Shown here: in pieces, positions 34,521-44,219 of the stretch
Position numbering within the stretch: the first letter of the stretch is position 1
Layout: every line of letters starts with the position of its first letter
Assembly (NCBI GenBank): GCA_963813155.1
Contig: CAWEYG010000002.1
Coordinates: 256,001 to 320,000 of the forward strand
DNA: 64,000 bases
Direction of reading: 5' to 3'
DNA from: an uncultured Acidobacteriota bacterium
GTDB lineage: Bacteria > Acidobacteriota > Thermoanaerobaculia > UBA5066 > DATFVB01
Translations under genes and position numbers: made by a program
The notes under the pieces: model-generated
Told to the model about the DNA's origin: nothing
Seen by the model: the letters and a program-made list of their open reading frames with translations, nothing else
Database searches by the model: none

Positions 34521-36188
34521 ATGTTCGCGAGGACGGTCGTCCGGAGGTTTCTCTTCCACGCGGCCGTCTTCCTCGTCGCGTGGCCGCTCGCCTCGACGGT
34601 CGCCGCGACTCTCGACTTGAAATCCCAGCCGATGACGTCGCGGCTGCCGTGGCTCGCCACTTTCGGCATGCTGTGCCGGGCGCAACCGCTCCTCCTGAGC
34701 GAGTGGCTTTTCGTCGGGTTTCTCGGTGCGATCGCGTCGACGGCTCTGTTCTCCGTTCTGTCGTGGCGCCCGGAGCCGGACACGCCCGCGCTCGTGACCA
34801 GCATGGAGCCGGTTCTCCTGATGGCGGCTGCCGTCGCCGGCGTCGCGACCGAGTTTCCCGCCGTTCTCGCGCACCCGTTTCTTCGGAGCCTTCGGCCCGT
34901 CCCGGTTCGGCTGGCCATCGCGATCCTCGTCGTGCTGTCGGCGGCGCTGTTCGCGCTCCTGGGCGCACGACTCGCCGGGCCGCGAAGGAGTGTCGTCTGG
35001 CTCGTGGCCGGCCTGTCGACCGTCGCCCTCGCCGCCGCTCTTTCGCGGACACCGGCCGGCCGGCGGTCCGGAAATCCCGCCCGGCAATCGATTGCCTTGC
35101 TGGGCATCGACTCGCTTTCGCAGAGCGACGATCTCGGGCCGATGCGCCGCCTCGCGGGAGATCACGGGGGAAGCTTCTTCACGAGCGCGGTGACGACCGG
35201 AGTCGTGACGAATGCCGTCTGGGGCTCCGTCCTTCAGCATCGACCCATTCGCGAAACCGGGACGTGGACGATTTTTCTGACGGCAGACTGGAGATCCGTG
35301 CCCTACAACCTCGTCCGGGAGGCTCATCGCGCCGGCTGGACGACAGTCTCGTACTTCTCAGACCAGTTCACGTCCTATATCGGGGACGACGCCGGCTTCG
35401 ACGTCGACCGAAGCGGGCCAAAGGGCTGGCTTCAGCTCGCGACCACGACACTCAAACAGAACAGCGTTTTTCTCGCCGCCGCTCTCCCGCGGCTTCCGGA
35501 GCTCCCCGGCGCCCGCACGCCCCGGAACCAGTCGGGAACGTTCGCGTTCGACGTCGACGCCGAGCTCGACGATTTCTTCCGCTGCCCGGCGGCGGCCGGA
35601 AAATGCTTTTCCGCGGGGCACCTCGATTACCTCCACCAGCCGCTCTACCCCCGGTTCGACGAGCTGACGCCCGCGCAGCGCGGGATCGTTCTCGCGTCGC
35701 CCGTCAGCGCGGTCGAAGACCTGAGCTTCGACTGGCGTTATCCGGCGATCGAGGGCGACGCGCTCGGCCTGTACGGATGGAAGGTGCGACACGTTCAGGA
35801 GGTCGTCCGGCGCGCCGTCGAGCGCTCCCGATTCCTCGCGCCGGGCGCCGGCAACCGGCTCGTCGTCTTTTCGGATCATGGAAGCCGAAAAGATCTGACC
35901 GCGCAGAATCTCGGCAACCCGATGTATTGGAACGTCCTGCTCGCGACATTCGGCTCGCCCGCGCGGGAACCGGCCCTGCCGATCTCGCTCCTCGAGATTC
36001 CCCGGCTCCTCGGGTTCCCGGATGCGACACGTCCCCTGCCGGATTCGCCGGCCGTCGACTACGCCGACGTGGACGAAAAAGACGTCCCGATGCTGACGCC
36101 CTACTTCTCCAGCGACGGGCGCATCTTCCTCAGCCCGAGCGCGCTTGCCCGGATCCGGCCGCGAATGGAGACGTTTCGGCCCTACTAG
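34521..36188 (+). CDS. Membrane-anchored sulfatase/alkaline-phosphatase-fold transferase
   Basis: ~5 N-terminal TM helices, LLGIDSL, YLHQPLYP, VVFSDHG. Confidence 0.7.
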   Translation: MFARTVVRRFLFHAAVFLVAWPLASTVAATLDLKSQPMTSRLPWLATFGMLCRAQPLLLSEWLFVGFLGAIASTALFSVLSWRPEPDTPALVTSMEPVLLMAAAVAGVATEFPAVLAHPFLRSLRPVPVRLAIAILVVLSAALFALLGARLAGPRRSVVWLVAGLSTVALAAALSRTPAGRRSGNPARQSIALLGIDSLSQSDDLGPMRRLAGDHGGSFFTSAVTTGVVTNAVWGSVLQHRPIRETGTWTIFLTADWRSVPYNLVREAHRAGWTTVSYFSDQFTSYIGDDAGFDVDRSGPKGWLQLATTTLKQNSVFLAAALPRLPELPGARTPRNQSGTFAFDVDAELDDFFRCPAAAGKCFSAGHLDYLHQPLYPRFDELTPAQRGIVLASPVSAVEDLSFDWRYPAIEGDALGLYGWKVRHVQEVVRRAVERSRFLAPGAGNRLVVFSDHGSRKDLTAQNLGNPMYWNVLLATFGSPAREPALPISLLEIPRLLGFPDATRPLPDSPAVDYADVDEKDVPMLTPYFSSDGRIFLSPSALARIRPRMETFRPY

Positions 36189-36194
36189 TTCTGT

Positions 36195-36695
36195 CTAGTT
36201 CTGTGGTCCGTCCGGGTACTGCACGAAGCTTCCGTTCGAATAGATGATGTCGTTGTTGAAATTCGTCGTCGTGCCGCACCTGATGGAGGACGGGTCTCCG
36301 TCGGAAATTCCGTCCCGTCCGAACGAGCTGATGTTGTACTCGAAACTCTGATTGTCGACCCCGTAGTGCAGGAAATTTCTCCAACCGTCGGTGAACGGCG
36401 GCTGGATGTACGTGGGCCGAAGAAAAGTGAACGAGTCCGAGCTCAGGGTCACGTTCGCGGAGGGAACGGTCGACGGACACGCCGCCGTCGGGTACGTGCT
36501 GTTGTCCGCGTTGTACGTCTCGACCGCGGTCGCGAGCGTGCGAATGTCCGCCATTGTGCGCTTCTGCTTGCCCCTCTGAAGCGCGTTCAGCAGATTCGGA
36601 ATCGCGATCGCCGCGAGAATCCCGATGATCGCAATGACAACCAGGAGCTCGATCAGTGTGAAGCCTCTTGCGAGGCGATTTCGCCCAAGAGCCAT
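36195..36695 (-). CDS. Type IV pilin (GspG-like), second copy
   Basis: RG|FTLIELLVVIAIIGILAAIAIP, DGW, SFGRDG; strong GGAGG SD. Confidence 0.92.
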   Translation of the reverse strand: MALGRNRLARGFTLIELLVVIAIIGILAAIAIPNLLNALQRGKQKRTMADIRTLATAVETYNADNSTYPTAACPSTVPSANVTLSSDSFTFLRPTYIQPPFTDGWRNFLHYGVDNQSFEYNISSFGRDGISDGDPSSIRCGTTTNFNNDIIYSNGSFVQYPDGPQN

Positions 36696-36746
36696 GATTC
36701 TCCTCCTCCCTAAGACCAACATTCCGACATCCCGGGAGAATCATTC

Positions 36747-36762
36747 TGCAATCCATGGACCA
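36747..36762 (-). promoter_or_regulatory. Candidate sigma54 promoter of second pilin
   Basis: TGGTCCATGGATTGCA = TGG-N8-TTGCA. Confidence 0.65.
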
Positions 36763-36874
36763 AGAATCTGAATCCAAGTATCTGCAAAACAATGAGTTCC
36801 AGCACGCAGAAAACGGGGAACTGACAAGTCTTTGCAGTCGAGGACAGAGACGGCACTTTGAAGACGAATCGGAC

Positions 36875-36904
36875 AAAAAAAAGGCCGGCCTCTCGGCCGG
36901 CCCC
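36875..36904 (-). terminator. Intrinsic terminator after first pilin
   Basis: ggccggcc-gaga-ggccggcc followed by T8 on the minus strand. Confidence 0.85.
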
Positions 36905-36922
36905 TTTCAAGCTCGTCGCAGA

Positions 36923-37438
36923 TCAGTGCTGGGGACCGTCCGGATACGCGATGAACGTGCCGTTGGAGTAGACGATGTCCGCGTTGAAGTCCGTCGTCGT
37001 TCCGCAATTCGACCCGTCGGAGGACGGCGCCGAAGGGCCCGCCGCTCCGTCCCGGCCCTGGACTCGATCGTGTACGACTGGCCAAGGGCGCGGCCGCGCC
37101 GTACAGAAGGGGCTTCTGCCAGCCGTCCTGGAACGGGGGCTGAGCAATGTAGGTCGGCTTCAAAAGCGTGAACGATCCGGACTCGACGGCCGTTGCGGCA
37201 GCGGGAACGTCGGGCAGGTCGTCGCCGTCGGGTACTGGTTGTTGTCGACGTTGTACGACTCGATCGCGATCGCCAGATTTCGAATGTCTGACATCGTGCG
37301 CTTCTGCTTGCCGCGCTGAAGAGCGTTGAGAAGATTCGGGATCGCAATGGCGGCCAGAATGCCGATGATCGCGATCACGATGAGCAGCTCGATCAGCGTA
37401 AATCCAGCTGCTCTCTTTCGAAGACGGTTCAAATTCAT
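36923..37438 (-). CDS. pilA: Type IV pilin, probable major pilin (frameshifts near 37200-37070)
   Basis: AG|FTLIELLIVIAIIGILAAIAIP; TAAGGAGG SD, own promoter and strong terminator; paralogous to 36195-36695. Confidence 0.8.
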
Positions 37439-37468
37439 ACTTCCTCCTTACGAAGCTACCTCTGCATT

Positions 37469-37484
37469 AGCAAGTTCCAGACCA
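37469..37484 (-). promoter_or_regulatory. Candidate sigma54 promoter of pilA
   Basis: TGGTCTGGAACTTGCT = TGG-N8-TTGC; IHF-like TTTCAATCAGTTA at ~37510-37522. Confidence 0.65.
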
Positions 37485-37555
37485 TCTCAAAACGAAAAAG
37501 CACGTTGTTTTTCAATCAGTTACAGCATCGAAAGTGAACCTGGCGACGATTTTTG

Positions 37556-39003
37556 TCAACGACTCGACGGCCGAGGTCGATTTTCTGTCAATTCCTGCGC
37601 CTCCTCGAAAAGCACTTCTCGCATGACGTTCAGACCTCTCGTGTAGAACGGCAGAAAGATCCGCTCGTCGTTTCCGTGACGCCTCGCCGCATCGAGCGGA
37701 TCGATCTGAAACGGCGTGAATCCGTAAGCCGCGACGCCCCGCTTTCGAAATTCGACGGAAGTCGTCCCGGAAAAAGAGTTCACGAGCGGGATCATCGGCA
37801 GCCCGGGGGAGACGGCCTCGAGGACCCGTCGGATCGCCTCCGTGTCCGGGGTCGGATAGGGGGAGGCGATCCCGGCCGGTCCGCACAGCGCGAGGCTCAC
37901 GCGAGCACCGCGCGTTTCGAATCCGCTCGATGAGCCGGTCGAAATACGGTTTCGGGTCGACGCCGAGCGGGAGCGAGACCATCGCGACGCTGCCAAACTT
38001 GTAGCCGCCGGAAAACTCCGGCAGAAGTTTCGCTTCGAACGGGGGCTGTTGCCACGCCCCGCCCGTCACGAGGCTCAGGTTCTGGTACGGAATCCATTTC
38101 GCGACTTCCGGCAGCTTCAGCAGCTCCGGGTGCCGAAACGCGTTCGCGAAGAACGGCGGCCGAAACTCCGACACCGCGTCGAAATACATGTTGAGCGCCG
38201 GCGCCGGCGGCACGTAAAGGCCGAGGCTCTCGAACGCCGGCTCGGGCCGGAGCGCCGCCGGGTCATCGGCCCCGAGGATCGCGTACGCCATCCCTCCCTG
38301 CGCGATCTCGATTCCGACGTAGCGCGGCGTGCCGGCGACGACTTCTTCGTAGCCCTCCTTCGTTCAGGACCAGCTCGACGCCCGAGAGAACGTCCGGCCG
38401 GTGCTCGTAGATCCAGGAAACACCGTCGGTGCCGCCGAGCTCCTCTCCGCACTCCGCGAGGAAGATGACGTCCCGACCGGGCACGAGGCCGGAGCGGAAG
38501 AGATCCCTGTAGGCGAGGAGCTGCGAGATCGCGATCGACTTCATGTCGTACGACCCGCGGCCATAGAGGTAGCTTTTCTCGATCGTTCCCCCGAACGGCG
38601 GCTTCGTCCAGAGCGACGAAGCCACGGGAACGACGTCGATGTGGTTGAGGAGAAGAATCGCCCTTCCCTCCGAGCGGCCCCGGATCCGCGAGTACAGATT
38701 GCAGCGATCCTTTTCGGGACAGATCAATTCCGAGGGAATGCCCTCGCAGTCGAGAAATGCCTTGAGAAATTCCGCTCCCGGCCTCTCGCGCCCCGGCGGG
38801 TTCCTCGTGTCGACGCGAACATAATCCCGCAGCAACCGAATCGATTCCTCCTCGAGCCAGCGAGCGGGCGTCCTCGCGATCTCCGGCTGCCACTCGGGCA
38901 ACTTCAGAGACTGCGCCGGGGATTCGACTCTCCGGCACGAGACCGCGAACAGGGAAAGGACGGCAACCGAAGCGGTGGCGATGATCTTCGAAATGTTGTT
39001 CAT
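37556..39003 (-). CDS. M20/M25/M40 family metallohydrolase, probable lipoprotein (frameshifts)
   Basis: AVSC lipobox-like, NPPGRE, LLNHIDVVP, YGRGSYDMK, GEE, HGNDER. Confidence 0.85.
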
Positions 39004-41330
39004 GCCGTTTTCGCCTCCCGGCAGAGAAAAAGGAGAAGGACCCCGCCCGCGATCGAGATCGCGGGCCCCGCGAGTCCGCCCGGCAGCTGCTCGCGGATCG
39101 AAACTTCATGAGAGCCGGCCGGGATCGCGATCGAGCTCAGGCAGAGGTCCGCCGGATCCACGGACACGGGGCTCCCGTCCACGGTCGCCGAACGAAACGG
39201 GAAGGGGGACCTGGGAAAGACGAGCCGGGACGGGCCCGGCGTCCGGGTCCGAGCGACGATGGAGTCCGGACCGTTGTGCTGGATCGCGAGAGATCCGCCC
39301 GAGAGGTCCGACTCCGCCGACCGGCCCGTTTCGACGACGGTCTCGGTGCGGAAGTCGACGCTCCGGCCGTGGATCCGCTCGTACGCGGCGCCGACACCCT
39401 CCACCTCGATCACTCTTCTCGCGAACCGAAAATTCGGAAGCGCGGAAGGGTTCAGCACGACCCACTCCTGGCCAATCGCTTTTGCGGCCGCCGGGAAGGC
39501 GATCGGGATTCTTCCGCGCTCGACGATCGCGGCCCGCGCCGAGTAGGCGCCCAGAAAGTCCCGGACTCCCGGCCATGTTCCGGAGTCGCGATAGATCTCC
39601 CTTCGAACGAGCTCGACCCGGTAGAAATCCGACACATCGTAGTCCTGATTCAAGGAGTAGAACGTCCCGAACGCGGCTCCGACGTCGCTCCGCAGAGAGT
39701 CCTGGGCTCTCTGAACTCCCGATCGACCCGAGTCTCCGGAGCTCAGGTAGTACTCCTCGAGGGGCAGGAACCCGAATCGGCCGTACCCCTGAAGCCGCGC
39801 GACCGCGCGAGCGGCCGGGGGAGGCGTGAAGATGGTCGCGTCGGAAGACGTTCCGACCGAGCGCCACCGCAACACGGCGAGGTCGGCGACCGAGAAGACG
39901 AAGATCGCGCCGAGCGCGAGCCCGCGGCGGAACGAAGACCAGACGATCATCAGGCCAAGCGCCGCCCAGAGGCCGGCGGATTCGATCAGCATCCGCGGCA
40001 GCTCGCGGGCGCCGGAGGCGCCATTCCGGAGAGTGGCCGACCAGTGCCGATCGATGAACGCGGCGAGCTCGGCCGGTCTCGAAATCGCGGCGAGGCCGGC
40101 CGCAGCCAGCAGAAGCGCGACCGCAAAGGCTCCGGCCGCGAAGCGGGACCGCTCCCCCGATCGAAGCGAGTCGAACGCGAGCCCCCCCAGGAGCGCGATC
40201 CCGAGCGTCGCCCCGGCCATGAGCTTTTCCGGATATCGGAGGGGAATCGGAGAGGATGCCGAGAGCCAGCTCTCCGGCAGAAAAGAGCCGGCCGCCGAAA
40301 CCGCGAAGGAAAACGCCGTGATGCCGTACACGAACAGCCGGCGGCCGCGGGGAGGGCGAAAGAACAGGAGAGCCGCTGCCGCGAGAACGCCGGGAAACAG
40401 AGTCTGAAAGAATCCGGCAGTCTTGTTGCTCCAGAGCGATTCTCCCCACACGTGGGGGGACGAAGCGGCATTGCCGAACGGAAACGGAAGGACCATCTCC
40501 AGGAGACGCCACGGCGACACCGACCACGTGACCGCCGCGCGCAGCGGAAAACGTCCGAGCGCGCGAACCGTGTGGGGAACGAAGAGAAGCGCGGGAACGA
40601 TCTGGATTCCGGCGAGCAGAAATCCCGGAAGAGAGGCCAGAAACAGAGCTCCGACCCGCCGGAGACCCTCCGAGCTTCGCGACTCCTGCAGGACGAGGAG
40701 GATCGCGCCGACGAAGGCGAGACCCGCGGTGAAAACGTCTCCCACGAGGAGATCGACGCCCCAGATCGCCGCGAAGAGAGCCGCGCTTCGGCCCGTCTTC
40801 CGGTCCGCGAACCGGGCGGCCGCCCAGAGGATCCAGGGGAGCAGGGCCAGGCCCGGAAGAAAATCCGGGTAGACGATTTCCGAAAGTGCGGGGCCGCTTC
40901 CCGCATAGAGCGCGCCCGTGAGCATCGCCGAAGTCGAAGAAATGCCGAAGAGGCGCGCCAGAAAGAAGGCCCCGACGCCCGCGAGCCAGAGGTGAAACAC
41001 CGGAAAGAGCTTGAACGAAACCCGGAACGGCAGCGCCGCCATCGCGATTCGCACCGGATAGAAGACGCCGGTGTTGGGGTTTGCCGCCAGCGGCCTGCCG
41101 AAGGAGACCTCGGGCAGGATCAGCGGAATTCTCCCCTGCTGCCAGGAATCGTGGACGGCTTTTTCGATCGGAAGGAAGAACGGCACCATGTCCCGGCTCG
41201 CGAAGGTTTTCCGGACCAGCAGCGGATCCGCGAACAGCGCGAGCAACACTCCCGCGAAACCGAGGGAGAACCAGAGCCCGGACCGCCGTTGGAGGAATTC
41301 CCCTCGATTCTCGCCGGAGAGCGCAAACAT
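39000..41330 (-). CDS. YfhO-family GT-C membrane protein
   Basis: SRDMVPFFLP, GRIPL...GRPLAANP...FYP, LRYPEK, C-terminal ATVDG...IPAGSHEV. Confidence 0.8.
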   Translation of the reverse strand: MFALSGENRGEFLQRRSGLWFSLGFAGVLLALFADPLLVRKTFASRDMVPFFLPIEKAVHDSWQQGRIPLILPEVSFGRPLAANPNTGVFYPVRIAMAALPFRVSFKLFPVFHLWLAGVGAFFLARLFGISSTSAMLTGALYAGSGPALSEIVYPDFLPGLALLPWILWAAARFADRKTGRSAALFAAIWGVDLLVGDVFTAGLAFVGAILLVLQESRSSEGLRRVGALFLASLPGFLLAGIQIVPALLFVPHTVRALGRFPLRAAVTWSVSPWRLLEMVLPFPFGNAASSPHVWGESLWSNKTAGFFQTLFPGVLAAAALLFFRPPRGRRLFVYGITAFSFAVSAAGSFLPESWLSASSPIPLRYPEKLMAGATLGIALLGGLAFDSLRSGERSRFAAGAFAVALLLAAAGLAAISRPAELAAFIDRHWSATLRNGASGARELPRMLIESAGLWAALGLMIVWSSFRRGLALGAIFVFSVADLAVLRWRSVGTSSDATIFTPPPAARAVARLQGYGRFGFLPLEEYYLSSGDSGRSGVQRAQDSLRSDVGAAFGTFYSLNQDYDVSDFYRVELVRREIYRDSGTWPGVRDFLGAYSARAAIVERGRIPIAFPAAAKAIGQEWVVLNPSALPNFRFARRVIEVEGVGAAYERIHGRSVDFRTETVVETGRSAESDLSGGSLAIQHNGPDSIVARTRTPGPSRLVFPRSPFPFRSATVDGSPVSVDPADLCLSSIAIPAGSHEVSIREQLPGGLAGPAISIAGGVLLLFLCREAKTA

Positions 41331-41361
41331 GCTGGCGCCGATGATAATAGAGGACCGAGAG

Positions 41362-42771
41362 ATGGCCACGAAACTCGATCGCCCGGCGGCGGCCCTCGCG
41401 GGCGGGATTCTCGTCCTTCGGGCGATCTCGCTCGCCCGGCGGCCGCTGTGGTTCGACGAGATCTTCACGCAATGGATCGCGCGGAAGTCTCCCTCTCGAA
41501 TCGTCGAGAGCCTTCGTCTCGACTCGGGACCGCCGCTCTTCTACTTCCTCGCCCACCCTCTCGTTCGCGCGGGAGAGCTCCTTCGGTTCGATCCGGCGGC
41601 GCGGATTCTCTCCTTCCTGGCGATCGGTCTCCTCTTCGCCGCGATCCGGCCGCGATATTCGGGCGGACCGAGGTTCGCGGTCCTGCTCGCGGCGTCTCCC
41701 CTGATGTTCTTCTACTCCGGAGAGGCCCGGCAGTACGCGCTTCTCGCCGCCGTCTCCTTCGTCCTGTTCCTCGCGGCCCTGCGCGCGCGCGACGAGTGGA
41801 CGCCCCGGCTCTGCGCGGCGCTTGCGGCCGCCGCCCTTCCCTGGATCCACTACCTCGGCGTCTTCGTCGTCGCCGGGTCCGTGATCCTTTGCCTGGCCCG
41901 GAAGAGACGCGTCGGCGCGATACTTCAAGTCGCCGGAGCGAGCCTGTTTCTGGTCTGGGCTCCGATCGCCCGGGCCCAGCCGCCGCTTTCGCTCTCCTGG
42001 AACGTCTCCGCGGCTTCTTCCGTGCGCGTCTTCGCGGCGTTCGGATTCTGGGGGGATTCGCTTCCGTATTTTTCCGGCTGGCGGACGCCCGCGGCCTGGG
42101 CCGGAATCGCCCTGGGGGTCGCCCTTCTCCTGACCGCCGCCGCGAACGCACGGAAGTCCCGCGCGGTCCGCGACGCGCTCGCGTTCTCGATCCTTCCCCT
42201 GCTCCTCGTCCTTCTCGCAAGCCGGGTCCGCCCCGTTTACTTTCCCGGCCGGACGGAAATGGCGACTCTCCCCGTCGCACTGTGGGCCCTCGCGCGGGCT
42301 TCGCGCCGCTCGCGCGCGGTCAACGTTCTGACGCTCGCCGCCGCGATCGGAGGCTTCGCGGTGATCGCGGGATCTTTTCTTCGACCGGCGGGCCCGTTTC
42401 CGTACTCGGAAACGGCGAAATTCCTGGCGGCACGCTGCCGGCCCGGCGACGTCGTCGTCGCGGCCGACGCGAACTACCTGCCCCTGCGGCTCGAAAAGGA
42501 TCGGGCAGCGCTCGCCGCGCCGCTTGTCGGGCTGCCGCTCGAACTGGAGTCGCACCCGGGTTGGTTCGAGCCGATCGATCCTTCGAAAATCGACGGCGAG
42601 GCGGCCCGGCTGAGGCACCGGATCGCCGCCGTGCCGCCCGGCGGCCGCGTCGAGCTCGCGATTCCGCCGGACCCCGCCCTGCGCGATCTGGCCCAACGAA
42701 GCCTGGAGAGCGGAGCGAGACGAGTTCTTCGCCCGCCGGCGGGCTACGCGATCCTCGAAGTCGATCGCTGA
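41362..42771 (+). CDS. ArnT/PMT-like GT-C membrane glycosyltransferase
   Basis: [29 protein letters not shown] motifs. Confidence 0.8.
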   Translation: MATKLDRPAAALAGGILVLRAISLARRPLWFDEIFTQWIARKSPSRIVESLRLDSGPPLFYFLAHPLVRAGELLRFDPAARILSFLAIGLLFAAIRPRYSGGPRFAVLLAASPLMFFYSGEARQYALLAAVSFVLFLAALRARDEWTPRLCAALAAAALPWIHYLGVFVVAGSVILCLARKRRVGAILQVAGASLFLVWAPIARAQPPLSLSWNVSAASSVRVFAAFGFWGDSLPYFSGWRTPAAWAGIALGVALLLTAAANARKSRAVRDALAFSILPLLLVLLASRVRPVYFPGRTEMATLPVALWALARASRRSRAVNVLTLAAAIGGFAVIAGSFLRPAGPFPYSETAKFLAARCRPGDVVVAADANYLPLRLEKDRAALAAPLVGLPLELESHPGWFEPIDPSKIDGEAARLRHRIAAVPPGGRVELAIPPDPALRDLAQRSLESGARRVLRPPAGYAILEVDR

Positions 42772-44189
42772 CCCGGCGCCGCTTCGGCCGGTGAGGACGG
42801 CTTTCGCCCGATCGCCAGAAGCGACATCCCGTACGACGGGGGATTCCCGGTCTCGGCCTCGAGGAAAGGCTTGAGAAGAGCGAAGAGTCGGAGCTGGCCC
42901 TTCGGCAGCACGCGGCGCCGGAGAATCCGCGAGTTCAAGTACCAGCCGAAGACCCCGGGCCGGTTCAGGAACCTCACGTCTTCGATCTGAAATCCGGCCT
43001 GTTGCAGTTTGGACTCCAGCTCCGGCCGCGAATATCGGCGAAAGTGGTGCAGCTCCCGATCCAGCGTGCCGTAGAGCCGGGGCATCGCCGGGACGAGCAG
43101 GATCAGCCGGCCGCCCGGCCGCAGGACCTCCTGGATCTGCGAAAGGGTGGTGCGGTCGTCTTCGATGTGCTCGAGGACGTTCGAGCAGATCGTGGTGTCC
43201 AGGCGCTCGCCGAGAAGGTCTTCGATCTCGGGCGGGTCGAGGGGAAACTTGAGCGAGCCGACCCGCACCCCCGGGTGGTCGCGAAACGTGTTGCGCAGGG
43301 TCTCGCACGCGACGGGATCCAGGTCGGTCGCGATCACGCGCTCGCGGTCGGCGAAGTATTTCGTTAAATTTCCGAACCCCGAGCCGATCTCCAGGATCCG
43401 TGCTCCCAGGTGCTCGCGGAAGAATCCATAGAGCCACCGGTTGTAGAAGTCGAGCTTCGCCATCCGCGCGAGAGTGACGTGTCCGACGTTGCGGGGGTCT
43501 TCGACTTCCCGAAAACGGAATTTCAGCATCGTCCAGACGGCCGAGACGGCGTCGCGAAACCCGATCTTCTTTCCCTCCTCGTAGGTCCGGCCGTAATAGG
43601 AAATCGGGACCTCGTACACGCGATAGCCCCGGCGGGCGATTTTCGCGGTGATTTCGGGCTCCATGCCGAAGCGGGGGGATTCGAGGCGGATCGACTGGAT
43701 GACTTCCCGGCGGAAAACCTTGTAACAGGTCTCCATGTCGGTCAGGTTCAGATTTGTGAGCATGTTCGAAAGAAACGTGAGGAACCGGTTGCCGACGGTG
43801 TGCCAGAAATACAGGACTCGCCGCTCTCCTCCGCCGAGAAACCTCGAGCCGTACACGACGTCGGCGCGTCCCGTCTCGATCGGATGGATCAGCCGGGGAT
43901 AGTCGGCCGGGTCGTATTCGAGGTCGGCGTCCTGGATCAGCACGAGATCGCCCTTCGCCTCGAGGAACCCGCGAGCGATCGCCGTTCCCTTCCCGCCGTT
44001 CTGCTCCTGGAAGAAAACGCGCACGCCGTCGCGGCCCTCCAGCTCCTTCAGGATCTCTCGCGTGCCGTCGGTGGACCCGTCGTCGATGATGAGGATCTCC
44101 TTGTCGATCGGGACCGCGACGACGCGCGAGACGATCTCGCGGATCGTCGCCGCTTCGTTGTAAGCCGGGATCACGACGGAGAGCTTCAC
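42744..44189 (-). CDS. GT2 (polyprenol-phosphate glycosyltransferase-like) fused to class I SAM methyltransferase
   Basis: [33 protein letters not shown], then [28 protein letters not shown]. Confidence 0.9.
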   Translation of the reverse strand: MKLSVVIPAYNEAATIREIVSRVVAVPIDKEILIIDDGSTDGTREILKELEGRDGVRVFFQEQNGGKGTAIARGFLEAKGDLVLIQDADLEYDPADYPRLIHPIETGRADVVYGSRFLGGGERRVLYFWHTVGNRFLTFLSNMLTNLNLTDMETCYKVFRREVIQSIRLESPRFGMEPEITAKIARRGYRVYEVPISYYGRTYEEGKKIGFRDAVSAVWTMLKFRFREVEDPRNVGHVTLARMAKLDFYNRWLYGFFREHLGARILEIGSGFGNLTKYFADRERVIATDLDPVACETLRNTFRDHPGVRVGSLKFPLDPPEIEDLLGERLDTTICSNVLEHIEDDRTTLSQIQEVLRPGGRLILLVPAMPRLYGTLDRELHHFRRYSRPELESKLQQAGFQIEDVRFLNRPGVFGWYLNSRILRRRVLPKGQLRLFALLKPFLEAETGNPPSYGMSLLAIGRKPSSPAEAAPGQRSTSRIA

Positions 44190-44219
44190 GCGCGGAGAAT
44201 ATCTCAGAGATAATCGGCC

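Noticed and set aside
37463-37479. TGGAACTTGCTAATGCA as the pilA sigma54 promoter
   Set aside because: GG to GC spacing is 11; the overlapping TGGTCTGGAACTTGCT has the correct 10
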